A model generated the notes under the pieces. That model was not told the origin of the DNA. It saw only the letters and a list, made by a program, of their open reading frames with translations, and did not search any database. Below are positions 20,796 to 29,307 of a stretch of 47,388 nt of DNA, piece after piece. Source of the stretch: Gammaproteobacteria bacterium (GTDB lineage: Bacteria; Pseudomonadota; Gammaproteobacteria; Pseudomonadales; Azotimanducaceae); the NCBI GenBank assembly GCA_002708205.1, contig PAMR01000034.1, positions 17,617 through 65,004 of the forward strand, in the 5' to 3' direction. The stretch's first letter is position 1; each line of letters opens with the position of its first letter. The position numbers and the translations under genes are program-made.

Positions 20796-21921
20796 ATTTT
20801 TCCTTACTCATTAGGTTTTCGTTTAATTGTATAGATCCGTCGTTGGCGACTCGTTGTAATGTAATTCCTCGTTCTTGAAGGATATTGATTATGCTATTAG
20901 ACCCTATCAGGTGGGCGGCTCCTATCAGAACAAAATAATGGCCTGGGACGTCTAGTAATTCTATGATCTTATCTGCCATCTGAAAATTTCGTTTGTCTAA
21001 TAAATTACGTTGAAAGTTTTCGTATGCTTCAGAATTTTCAGAATCGTCTTGAAAAGAGTTTTCTATTGCCACGTCGTCGCCGTGCCACCATGCAGAAACC
21101 AATGAAGTCACCATCGATTCCAATTCGGTGTCACTTACTAATGATTCACTCAGAATGCGTAGTTGAATTTCCATGGCGGTTTGGGCGAGAAGAGTAATTT
21201 GTTGCTTCGTAGTTTCGAGTGATACGATCGTTCGAAAATCGGCGCGTTCAAGGAACTGTTGTTCCATGCCCCATTTCCGTGAAAACCCGAAGGCATCTAA
21301 ACGAGCATTAACTATATTTGTTGCCGCGAATGCAGGCTTTAGGCGATCAAGGGTTTCAAATTTTAAACCGGTATTCCTGAGTATCTTTTGCAATTGTTCA
21401 AAATTTCGATCATTCAACATAGAGCGCAACGATTGTTCCGGGGCCAAAGTGAGCTGATCAACTAACCATGCTCTTGAAGTTGATCCGTCGTCAGCTTGAA
21501 GTACATTAGTTTCAACGACGACATGGCTAGATTGTTCAAACGCTTGATCGATAGGATCGGGTAGAGGTAAGAGAGTGGCTTTTAAAGAGTGAACTGAACC
21601 CACTATGCTTATCTGACTTCTTCGATTTTTGTTTTGCCACATCATCAGTGGAGTATTTGGGCCAATATTTGCTTTTATTTCCTGAGCTGTGGCGATTGCT
21701 GTGCTCCCGATGCGAGTAATTTCACATTTTTGGGGGGTGTGTGCTGCTTCGCATCGATTGATCGCCTGGAGGGAAGCCGCGACCATATTGACTCCTTTGC
21801 CAACATACCGTGATTGATGGACAGAATCTGTCGCTATCGCTTCATACGCTCGCGTCTGTGTGTCGGCAGCCAAAGAGTCGATATAAACCAATATGATGAC
21901 TATAGGCATGATTAGCTTCAC
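20785..21921 (-). CDS. TraB/GumN family protein with signal peptide and an extra N-terminal Cys-containing domain
   Basis: IVGSVHSLK near the start of the GumN core and VLIGAAHLIG near the end. An N-terminal segment of about 90 aa (AYEAIATD...INRCEAAHTPQKCEITRIGSTAIA) resembles DUF4189. Confidence 0.7.
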   Translation of the reverse strand: MKLIMPIVIILVYIDSLAADTQTRAYEAIATDSVHQSRYVGKGVNMVAASLQAINRCEAAHTPQKCEITRIGSTAIATAQEIKANIGPNTPLMMWQNKNRRSQISIVGSVHSLKATLLPLPDPIDQAFEQSSHVVVETNVLQADDGSTSRAWLVDQLTLAPEQSLRSMLNDRNFEQLQKILRNTGLKFETLDRLKPAFAATNIVNARLDAFGFSRKWGMEQQFLERADFRTIVSLETTKQQITLLAQTAMEIQLRILSESLVSDTELESMVTSLVSAWWHGDDVAIENSFQDDSENSEAYENFQRNLLDKRNFQMADKIIELLDVPGHYFVLIGAAHLIGSNSIINILQERGITLQRVANDGSIQLNENLMSKEKYES

Positions 21922-22685
21922 GGGCGTTCGATATCCTCGGGTGTTTCTTCCTTCGCCGTTATGGTTGCACAGATAGAATTCAATACGAGGTTGAGTTCTT
22001 CTATATCAGTCCCGCGGATAACGAGAGATGTGCCATATCGATTGTTGCGAGAGAATGGATAGCTTCCTATATCGACGGCTGGGTGGTCCTTTTGGAGTGT
22101 GGTTAATTCGTCGGCAATTTCGCTTTCGCCCATATAGGCGGTTACAGAACAAGAGTGGACTACGGGGCCACCTTGAAAAGGGATATTTCCTATCATGGCT
22201 TGCATGACTCTTGGAATACCGGCCATAACATGTACGTTTTCCATAGAAAAACCTTGAGGGCCACCTGTGCTATTTTCAATCAGACTAGCGCCTTTAGGCA
22301 CTCTAGCCATACGAAGACGCGATTCCATAACATGTTCGGGAGCAGGTCGCTGTCGGATTCGACTAGCGATTTGATCATCTACGACGAGCTCGACATCAAA
22401 AGCTTTTGCGATACATTCAGCCGTAATGTCATCGTGTGTGGGGCCGATACCACCGGTAGTCAATACATAATCAAAATTCTCACGTGCCTGGTTAACTGTA
22501 TTGACAACTACTTCATGAAGATCTGGGATTACCCAAGCAGCTTTGACGCTTACTCCTTTGGTACCCAGATACTTAGCGATATAGTTAAGATTCGTGTCTT
22601 GTGTGCGTCCGGAGAGGATTTCGTTGCCTATAATAATAACGGCGGCAGTGACTGTTTTTTCGTCTGACATAGGATCTCCTGGCAT
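21918..22685 (-). CDS. CinA N-terminal-like / MoCF_biosynth (COG1058-type) domain protein
   Basis: AAVIIIGNEILSGRTQDTNLNYIAKYLGTKGV and TTGGIGPTHDDIT motifs. 4-nt overlap with the downstream GumN gene. Confidence 0.75.
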   Translation of the reverse strand: MPGDPMSDEKTVTAAVIIIGNEILSGRTQDTNLNYIAKYLGTKGVSVKAAWVIPDLHEVVVNTVNQARENFDYVLTTGGIGPTHDDITAECIAKAFDVELVVDDQIASRIRQRPAPEHVMESRLRMARVPKGASLIENSTGGPQGFSMENVHVMAGIPRVMQAMIGNIPFQGGPVVHSCSVTAYMGESEIADELTTLQKDHPAVDIGSYPFSRNNRYGTSLVIRGTDIEELNLVLNSICATITAKEETPEDIERP

Positions 22686-22764
22686 TGGTGGCGTTTCTGT
22701 TGTTTGGAAAGTGCTATCTGACGAAAGATGCGGTCTTCTCGTACTGTAGCGATAGTTTTAGGGA

Positions 22765-23565
22765 CTAGTGTCCTGTAAAGATGGGCGTGCGTTTTTCTGA
22801 GAATGCGACCCTACCTTCTTTGTAGTCTTCTGAGTTAAAACAGCGGTTGACCAATTCGTTCACCAGCGCTATGTCTTCTTTATGCCCACCATTTTCGAAA
22901 GTATTCAAGGCTTGCTTTGCAGCTTGGATTGTTAGTGGGGCATTTTTAACCATCTGTTGCGCGTAGTCGATCACTCTGTCTCGGATTTCATCTCTTTCAA
23001 ATACAAATTGTATTAACCCGCACTGGAGAGCTTCTTGGGCTGTTAAAAAACGCGCTGAGAAGAGAATGTCCCGTGCGCGAGCAGGTCCAACGCATCGTGC
23101 CAGTTTGGCGAGATTCTCATATTCGTATCCAAGGCCTAATTTAGCAGCAGGAATACCGAAAGTAGAGTCAGGTGTGGCGATGCGAAGGTCGGCGGTCAGG
23201 GCTGTTCCTAAACCACCGCCGATACAATAACCCTGTATAAGGGCCAAGACCGGTTTAGAGATATTGACTAATTCGCGATTTCCCTGAGTAGAAATTCGCG
23301 CGTATTCGGCTTTTTGTTCGGCATTTGACCGTTGTTTATCGAATTCACTGATGTCTGCTCCGGAGACGAAAGCCTTACCCCCGGCACCGGTTAGTACCAC
23401 CACACGCACATGATCAGACTCGTTGAAATAAGACGCTATATCACCAATGGCTTGCCACATTTCAAGTGACAAAGCGTTGTGTCTGGCCGGATTATTGAAA
23501 ACCATCCAACCTACACCATCTTCTACTTCATAGGTCATTCGATCGGTTTTGAGATTGGGCTTCAT
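22765..23565 (-). CDS. Enoyl-CoA hydratase/isomerase (crotonase family)
   Basis: 266 aa. VVVLTGAGGKAFVSGADISEF and IQGYCIGGG oxyanion-hole motifs. Confidence 0.85.
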   Translation of the reverse strand: MKPNLKTDRMTYEVEDGVGWMVFNNPARHNALSLEMWQAIGDIASYFNESDHVRVVVLTGAGGKAFVSGADISEFDKQRSNAEQKAEYARISTQGNRELVNISKPVLALIQGYCIGGGLGTALTADLRIATPDSTFGIPAAKLGLGYEYENLAKLARCVGPARARDILFSARFLTAQEALQCGLIQFVFERDEIRDRVIDYAQQMVKNAPLTIQAAKQALNTFENGGHKEDIALVNELVNRCFNSEDYKEGRVAFSEKRTPIFTGH

Positions 23566-24479
23566 AGACTGACTCCAGAGTGACGTGCTCTCTGTATAAG
23601 AGATTTCGCTCTATTTAGGTGTGGTGCGTCAACCATTTGACCCTTGAAACTAAAAGCCATTAAACCCTGTTTCTGGGCATCTTCGAAGGCTTCCAATAGC
23701 GCCTTCGCCTCCTCCACATCTGCTAAAGACGGGGTGTATATTTCGTTGACGATCGGGATTTGATCTGGGTGTATTGTCATTTTGCCGGTAAAGCCTAAGG
23801 CTGAGCCTTGGAGGCAATCCTTCCGTAAACCGTCGGCATCTCGAAGATCAACATAGACGGTGTCGATCGGTGGCACCCGAGATGCAACGGCACTGAGTAA
23901 TGTTTGGTGTCGGCAATGTTCGTACACGCTGAGATAGTTTCCATCGAGGCCTCGATTTCCAGAAGCACCAAGGTCAGCAGAGAGATCCTCGGCGCCCCAA
24001 GACATCGCAACGACACGTGGACATGACCCGAAAGATTCTATGTTCAGTGCTCCTCTAGCGGTTTCAGTAGCGATTAAAATCAATCCCACACCTTGATGAG
24101 CATGACCATACTCGCGTTCGAGCATCGTAAGTTCATTATCAATTCGTAATACGTCTTCAAGGCTATTTGGTTTTGGGATTACATATGCGTCGGGTGGATG
24201 GATCATTGTTTCGCGGAGGTCAGGATAGCCCCAAGGGGTATCTAGTGGATTGATTCGTATGGTGCGTTCTTTTCGGCCGAAATTGATCTCTCGTAGCCAG
24301 CCGGCGATAACATTACGAGATTCTTTTTTTCTATCCGGCGTTACCGCATCTTCGAGATCGAGTATTAAACCATCGGCCTCGGTTTCTAGTGATTTGGTCA
24401 ACATTTTCTCGTTTGCGCCGGGTACGAAGTGCATTGACCGGCGCAAACGCTCGCGCCCATTTTTTTTCTGTTCACTCAT
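23562..24479 (-). CDS. HpcH/HpaI-CitE family acyl-CoA lyase (citramalyl-/malyl-CoA lyase-like)
   Basis: RRSMHFVPGANEKML...ADGLILDLEDAV is the CitE signature. I chose the ATG at 24479 because it forms an ATGA overlap with the MaoC stop. The ORF opens at 24521. Confidence 0.8.
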   Translation of the reverse strand: MSEQKKNGRERLRRSMHFVPGANEKMLTKSLETEADGLILDLEDAVTPDRKKESRNVIAGWLREINFGRKERTIRINPLDTPWGYPDLRETMIHPPDAYVIPKPNSLEDVLRIDNELTMLEREYGHAHQGVGLILIATETARGALNIESFGSCPRVVAMSWGAEDLSADLGASGNRGLDGNYLSVYEHCRHQTLLSAVASRVPPIDTVYVDLRDADGLRKDCLQGSALGFTGKMTIHPDQIPIVNEIYTPSLADVEEAKALLEAFEDAQKQGLMAFSFKGQMVDAPHLNRAKSLIQRARHSGVSL

Positions 24480-24928
24480 TTGGTTTTTCTCATCATCATT
24501 GCTCCTCGTGTGCAAGAGCAAACAATCTCCTGTCTCTGGTTTTTTCCGATGTGTTCGAAGGTAATGATCCCTCGGTCTTGTTTTGTCTGACTTTCTCGGC
24601 GATCGATGACACGGGTTTGAACTCGAATAGTGTCTCCAAGAAATACGGGATTCGGGAATGTTGTTTTATCAAAACCCAGATTACCGAGCGTCGTACCAAG
24701 CGTTGTGTCGCCTACTGATAGACCAACCACCAAAGAGAGAGTGAATAAGCTATTTACTAGTATCTGTCCGTGTATCGAATTTTTAGCAAATTCGGCATCC
24801 AAATGTAGAGGTTGTGGATTGAGTGTCAGGGTTGTAAAAAGCAGGTTGTCAGTCTCTGTCACAGTACGTCCCGGTTCATGCTCAAACGACATGCCTGTAG
24901 TTAAGTCTTCGTAATATTTGCCAGCCAA
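24476..24928 (-). CDS. MaoC-like (hot-dog fold) acyl-CoA hydratase
   Basis: 150 aa. YEDLTTGMSFEHEPGRTVTETDNLLFTTLTLNPQPLHLD. TTG start. Confidence 0.8.
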   Translation of the reverse strand: MAGKYYEDLTTGMSFEHEPGRTVTETDNLLFTTLTLNPQPLHLDAEFAKNSIHGQILVNSLFTLSLVVGLSVGDTTLGTTLGNLGFDKTTFPNPVFLGDTIRVQTRVIDRRESQTKQDRGIITFEHIGKNQRQEIVCSCTRGAMMMRKTK

Positions 24929-24980
24929 GATTTATCCATTCGTAGTGATCCTATGGGATGGACCATGCTAACCTCGTGGC

Positions 24981-26147
24981 ATGGACTTTGAACAGACTGA
25001 AGAGCATCAGCTGATACGCGATGCGATAAAAAAGATATGTCAGGATTATCCCGACGATTATTGGCTGAAATGCGATAACGAACATACGTTCCCTTGGGAT
25101 TTCTATAACACTTTGGCGGAAGCAGGCTGGATCGGTATCGCTATTCCAGAAGCTTACGGAGGTAGTGGACGGGGTATTACTGAGGCTTCGATAGTCTTGG
25201 AGGAAGTTGCTGCATCCGGTGCGGCTATGAACGGTTGCAGCGGGATACATCTTTCTATTTTCGGAATGCATCCAGTGGTCAAATATGGCTCTGACGTAAT
25301 GAAACAAAAATATTTGCCACGGGTAGCAAATGGGGACCTGCATGTGGCCTTTGGTGTCACAGAGCCGGATGCAGGTACGGATACTTCGTCAATCAAGACT
25401 GCCGCACGCATTGAAGGAGATCAGTATGTTGTTCGTGGGCGGAAGGTATGGACAACTAAAGCCCTAGATTCAGAACGCGTACTTTTATTGGTGAGGACAC
25501 AAGCACGAGATAAAGTTGAAAAACGTACCGATGGATTGACATTACTTTTGGCGGAATTGCAGCGACCGGAAGTCAGTATTTCACCTATCGATAAAGTAGG
25601 TCGGAACGCGGTGGCGACCTGTGAAGTCGTGTATGACGATCTGCCTGTGAGTATCGAAGATCGCGTTGGAGAGGAAGGTAAGGGCTTTCGATATATTCTC
25701 GATGGTTTGAACGCGGAACGGATTTTAGTCGCTTCTGAAGCACTGGGGATTGGTCGAGCCGCGATGCGAAGAGCGGTTGATTATGCAAACGAACGCGTGG
25801 TGTTCGGACGCCCGATTGGGCGGAATCAAGGGGTGGCGTTTCCGCTAGGCGAAGCACAAATGCGTTTAGACGCGGCAGAGCTAATGATTCGAAAGGCATC
25901 TTGGTTGATAGATAATGGTCAACCCTGTGCTGCGGAAGCCAATATGGCGAAGTGGCTGGCGGCAGACGCGGCGTTTCAGGCTGCTGATCAAGCAATGCAA
26001 ACACACGGCGGATTTGGATACGCCAAGGAGTTTCACGTGGAGAGATATTGGCGAGAAGCTCGCTTGATGCGGATCGCACCGATATCGCAAGAAATGATTT
26101 TAAATTACGTCACGGAGCACGTATTGGAGTTACCCCGTTCGTATTAG
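24981..26147 (+). CDS. Acyl-CoA dehydrogenase
   Basis: 388 aa. FGVTEPDAGTD, QTHGGFGYAKEFHVERYWREARL, catalytic-base region near the C-terminus. Confidence 0.9.
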   Translation: MDFEQTEEHQLIRDAIKKICQDYPDDYWLKCDNEHTFPWDFYNTLAEAGWIGIAIPEAYGGSGRGITEASIVLEEVAASGAAMNGCSGIHLSIFGMHPVVKYGSDVMKQKYLPRVANGDLHVAFGVTEPDAGTDTSSIKTAARIEGDQYVVRGRKVWTTKALDSERVLLLVRTQARDKVEKRTDGLTLLLAELQRPEVSISPIDKVGRNAVATCEVVYDDLPVSIEDRVGEEGKGFRYILDGLNAERILVASEALGIGRAAMRRAVDYANERVVFGRPIGRNQGVAFPLGEAQMRLDAAELMIRKASWLIDNGQPCAAEANMAKWLAADAAFQAADQAMQTHGGFGYAKEFHVERYWREARLMRIAPISQEMILNYVTEHVLELPRSY

Positions 26148-26238
26148 TCGTCAATGATTTGAAATCCATTGAAATATTAGGGTTAGCAGTTTTACTTTTT
26201 CGCTCCACGGTCAGATATCCATGTATCGGCAAGACGTA

Positions 26239-27702
26239 CTAGTTGGTTTGCCATTCGGCGTTACTTTGGCCTAACGGCATCGATGGCTGCTTCCACGTGA
26301 CTTCCGTTCCGTCGATTGCTACGGCGGGAGCTAGATGAGTGATCTTGCCCCAAGATGTTTCACTCGACATGGTGAGTGTTTTTTGTTCCTTGGATCCGAT
26401 GGGTTCGTTATGTGTGTTGTCTCGAAGTCCTAGAGATCGTAACCACATTGCAGTGCGAGTCAGCGATACGCGAACCCAGTAGGTACCACCAAACTCGCGT
26501 TGGCGTTTTAAAGCGGTGAGAGTACCGAGAGCTGCTAGATAACCCGTTGTGTAGTCTGTCACCGCTGCTGGTTGGAGCAGGGGAGTGCCTTTGTTGACGT
26601 GCCTGCCGTGCTCGAAAGCCATGCCTGATACCGTTTGTGCTAATTGCTCCCAACCGGGGATTTTCCGCATTGGGCCCTCATGGCCATAACAATTGATAGA
26701 AACATATACGATACCGGGTCTTTTCTGGGCGACTTCGTTCAACCCAAATCCGAGCCGCTCCATTGCTCCTGTTCGATAGCCCTGAGAAAAAACATGCGCC
26801 TCAGAAAGCAGTTTGTTCAGTTGATCTCGAGGCTTTTTATCTTGAAGGTTAAGAAATGCCGTTCTTTTTCCATGACCGGTATCAGTCACAAACATTGGGA
26901 CGCTGGGTAAATGTTCAGCACCGATGCGCAGTGTTTCAGCTCCATAGCTAGCAAGTGTTCGTGCACAGGTTGGTCCCGCGAGAACGCGGGTAAGATCTAG
27001 GACCCGAAAGCCGTTAAGAGGTCGCCCTTGACTCGTTTTCGGTCCTATTGGATCGGCGTCGCCAATCTGTATTATGTCCACTACTGGGCGACAACTCAGA
27101 AATTGACAATGTGTCGATTCATCCCATTCGGAGGGACTGCGGACCATTGCACTGCACAATCCTTTTGTCCATATTTCCTTTTCCAGATCCGGTGCCGTGC
27201 GCTTTTCCAATGCGCGTTGAGCTGCAGGACGGTCTTTGGGATTTCCTAAAATTTGCATCAAGGCTTCTGTATTGTGAGGAAACCCAGGATGCATATACAT
27301 CCAACGTCCGTCGCCTGTTTGCATGAAACCACCTATGGGCCGAGTTTGTTGTGCAGTTCGTTCCGGCGGCGCTTTTGCCGAGTCGTGATATCGCAAGAAG
27401 TGATAACTCATAAGGGAAGCCTCTGCTGCCCGAGTTGAAATACGAGTGCGATGGTTTCCCATAAGGGACGCTGCAATCGCTCCTCCCGCAGCTAAAGCTG
27501 CTGTAGCGGCTTCGGCCACCCGAAAACGAGTCTCAAGTGCCCGACCTTGATCGGTCATTTCTACTTGTTCGAGCAATGAAGAAACTCCCGAGATAGCCAG
27601 AAGTTCTCGTATTGCTCGAGTTAGTGTTGGGTTTGGTTGGATGGGAATCTCCCCGTATGCGTGTATCCGTGTAGAATCTACACATGAATAGTGAACGGAC
27701 AT
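26239..27702 (-). CDS. Family III CoA-transferase with atypical (apparently permuted or partially duplicated) domain order
   Basis: The canonical N-terminal motif RPLNGFRVLDLTRVLAGPTCARTLASYGAETLRIG begins only at about aa 236 of the 496-aa ORF. Catalytic Asp in AAVTDYTTGY; C-terminal PSMPLGQSNAEW. Start ambiguous: TTG 27729, ATG 27702, or ATG at codon 58. Confidence 0.75.
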   Translation of the reverse strand: MSVHYSCVDSTRIHAYGEIPIQPNPTLTRAIRELLAISGVSSLLEQVEMTDQGRALETRFRVAEAATAALAAGGAIAASLMGNHRTRISTRAAEASLMSYHFLRYHDSAKAPPERTAQQTRPIGGFMQTGDGRWMYMHPGFPHNTEALMQILGNPKDRPAAQRALEKRTAPDLEKEIWTKGLCSAMVRSPSEWDESTHCQFLSCRPVVDIIQIGDADPIGPKTSQGRPLNGFRVLDLTRVLAGPTCARTLASYGAETLRIGAEHLPSVPMFVTDTGHGKRTAFLNLQDKKPRDQLNKLLSEAHVFSQGYRTGAMERLGFGLNEVAQKRPGIVYVSINCYGHEGPMRKIPGWEQLAQTVSGMAFEHGRHVNKGTPLLQPAAVTDYTTGYLAALGTLTALKRQREFGGTYWVRVSLTRTAMWLRSLGLRDNTHNEPIGSKEQKTLTMSSETSWGKITHLAPAVAIDGTEVTWKQPSMPLGQSNAEWQTN

Positions 27703-28520
27703 ATTGCTCGGACTTGAGCCGGGCCGCAAACGAAACGATGCTAGGTACAGCAGATAGGGTCGATGTTTGGATTATGGTCGAATACAAGTCGGTATGGAAA
27801 CCTAAAGCAGTTATCGACAATGACCTTCCAATCTCTATTCAACAATGGCTTGTTAATTCGCAAGATCGTTGTCGCGAAACAGCATTAAAACCAAGGCTTC
27901 AACTTATACGACAACCCCAGGTCGAAGCGGAATTGACCACCGTGATGGTGCATCGGGAAGGACGATTAAATGTTCGAAAATGTCGTACTCAGGAAGAAAT
28001 AACCAGTATCGACGTACTTTCTGACGACTCATTTGATGAATGTTTAGAACCACAATATTTTGTATGTACGAATGGACAGAGGGATTTGTGCTGCGCGCGT
28101 TTTGGATTGCCTACTTTCAAAAAATTATCCGAAGCCGTAGGAGAAAGAGTCTGGCAAACGACCCACTTAGGTGGGCATCGTTTTGCACCAAATGTACTTG
28201 CATTGCCACAGGGGGTTCTTTACGGCCGTGTGGATGCGAAAGACGTGACACAGTTCCTCGATCTGACGGAATTGGGTCGATTGTCAAAAATTCATGTCCG
28301 AGGACGATCGGCTTTTGATCCGTCAGCGCAAGTAGCAGAGCTGGCTATAGAAGAAGAAATATTGGATATCGTAACGACCGATGACAGCGAAGTACGATTT
28401 CATACAACTCATGGCATTAAGTCTGTGAAAATAAATAAAAGACAGAAACCAATAGCTGTCATAGCCAGCTGCGGAGACGAAAAAACGAAAGACATTTTTC
28501 CGTTGATTGCTCAGGAGTGA
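27684..28520 (+). CDS. Sucrase/ferredoxin-like (thioredoxin-fold, putative [2Fe-2S]) protein
   Basis: CSDLSRAANETMLGTADRVDVWIMVEY, FVCTNGQRDLCCARFG and HLGGHRFAPNV are characteristic of this family. Confidence 0.75.
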   Translation: MNSERTYCSDLSRAANETMLGTADRVDVWIMVEYKSVWKPKAVIDNDLPISIQQWLVNSQDRCRETALKPRLQLIRQPQVEAELTTVMVHREGRLNVRKCRTQEEITSIDVLSDDSFDECLEPQYFVCTNGQRDLCCARFGLPTFKKLSEAVGERVWQTTHLGGHRFAPNVLALPQGVLYGRVDAKDVTQFLDLTELGRLSKIHVRGRSAFDPSAQVAELAIEEEILDIVTTDDSEVRFHTTHGIKSVKINKRQKPIAVIASCGDEKTKDIFPLIAQE

Positions 28521-28523
28521 TGG

Positions 28524-29303
28524 TTAAAGACATGCCTTAATAAAACTTGAAACAGCCTTGTTAAATTCTGGAGCTGTCTGCATGTTAACGGCATGTCCCG
28601 AGTCAACATTCGTTATCGAAAGATTGGGCATTGTAGCGGCCGCATAATCTCTTTGTGCGACGAAGCGTTTTTCGAAGCGGCCGCAGACAAGTAAGGCTTT
28701 ACTTTGGTTATCCCCAATGTATGTGCGGCTGGAAGCACCAGGTATTGTGAATTCGATCGCGTTGGCAATACCTCTGGGATCGAGCAACCGTGAATCAGCG
28801 ACTAGATCGTCATAAATGCTTGTTGGTAGACGTCGCGCGCGTTTAGGATGAACTGGAAGTTTCTCAATTGCGCGCATACCGCCCGTTCGAATAGCTGATG
28901 AAGATTTTTCCGCTCCTGCACGCCAGGCCTTTATTTGCTGGTCGTCAGCAAAAGCAGAGGACGAGTTCGTAAACACGTGTCCGATCGTATGTTCAGGGTA
29001 AGTGAGTGCATATCGAATAGTGATAGCAGCTCCGAGTGAATAGCCGCATACAAACCAATGAGCTATGTCCAGCTCATTCCGCAATTGTTCTAATTCCTCG
29101 ACATAGCTCGATATCGAATACAAGTTTGTTTCTTTAGGGGAAGGCGACCTACCGTGCCCAAAAAGTTCGACGGTGATCGGAGTGCATTCTTTGGATAGGG
29201 CGTCTAGGTTCAAACTCCATTGCGCTCGACTAGATAAAAACCCGTGCACAAGAAGTAGGTAGGGCCCGTTCCCCGGATGAATTTCCCAGAACAATCGGCT
29301 CAT
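28524..29303 (-). CDS. Alpha/beta hydrolase
   Basis: LLLVHGFLSS and nucleophile elbow GYSLGA. 259 aa. Confidence 0.8.
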   Translation of the reverse strand: MSRLFWEIHPGNGPYLLLVHGFLSSRAQWSLNLDALSKECTPITVELFGHGRSPSPKETNLYSISSYVEELEQLRNELDIAHWFVCGYSLGAAITIRYALTYPEHTIGHVFTNSSSAFADDQQIKAWRAGAEKSSSAIRTGGMRAIEKLPVHPKRARRLPTSIYDDLVADSRLLDPRGIANAIEFTIPGASSRTYIGDNQSKALLVCGRFEKRFVAQRDYAAATMPNLSITNVDSGHAVNMQTAPEFNKAVSSFIKACL

Positions 29304-29307
29304 TTGT

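Noticed and set aside
20191-20814. 207-aa ORF on the plus strand, antisense to the SDR gene
   Set aside because: The translation is low-complexity and rich in Ser/Ala/Pro/Arg, with no motif. It mirrors almost exactly a gene that has clear SDR signatures, so it is a typical shadow ORF.
24458-24470. A8 homopolymer (on the coding strand) in the first codons of the CitE-like gene, as a possible slippage or phase-variation site
   Set aside because: The run encodes in-frame Lys-Lys-Asn in an intact ORF. There is no sign of a frameshift, and the gene is not of the surface or contingency type.
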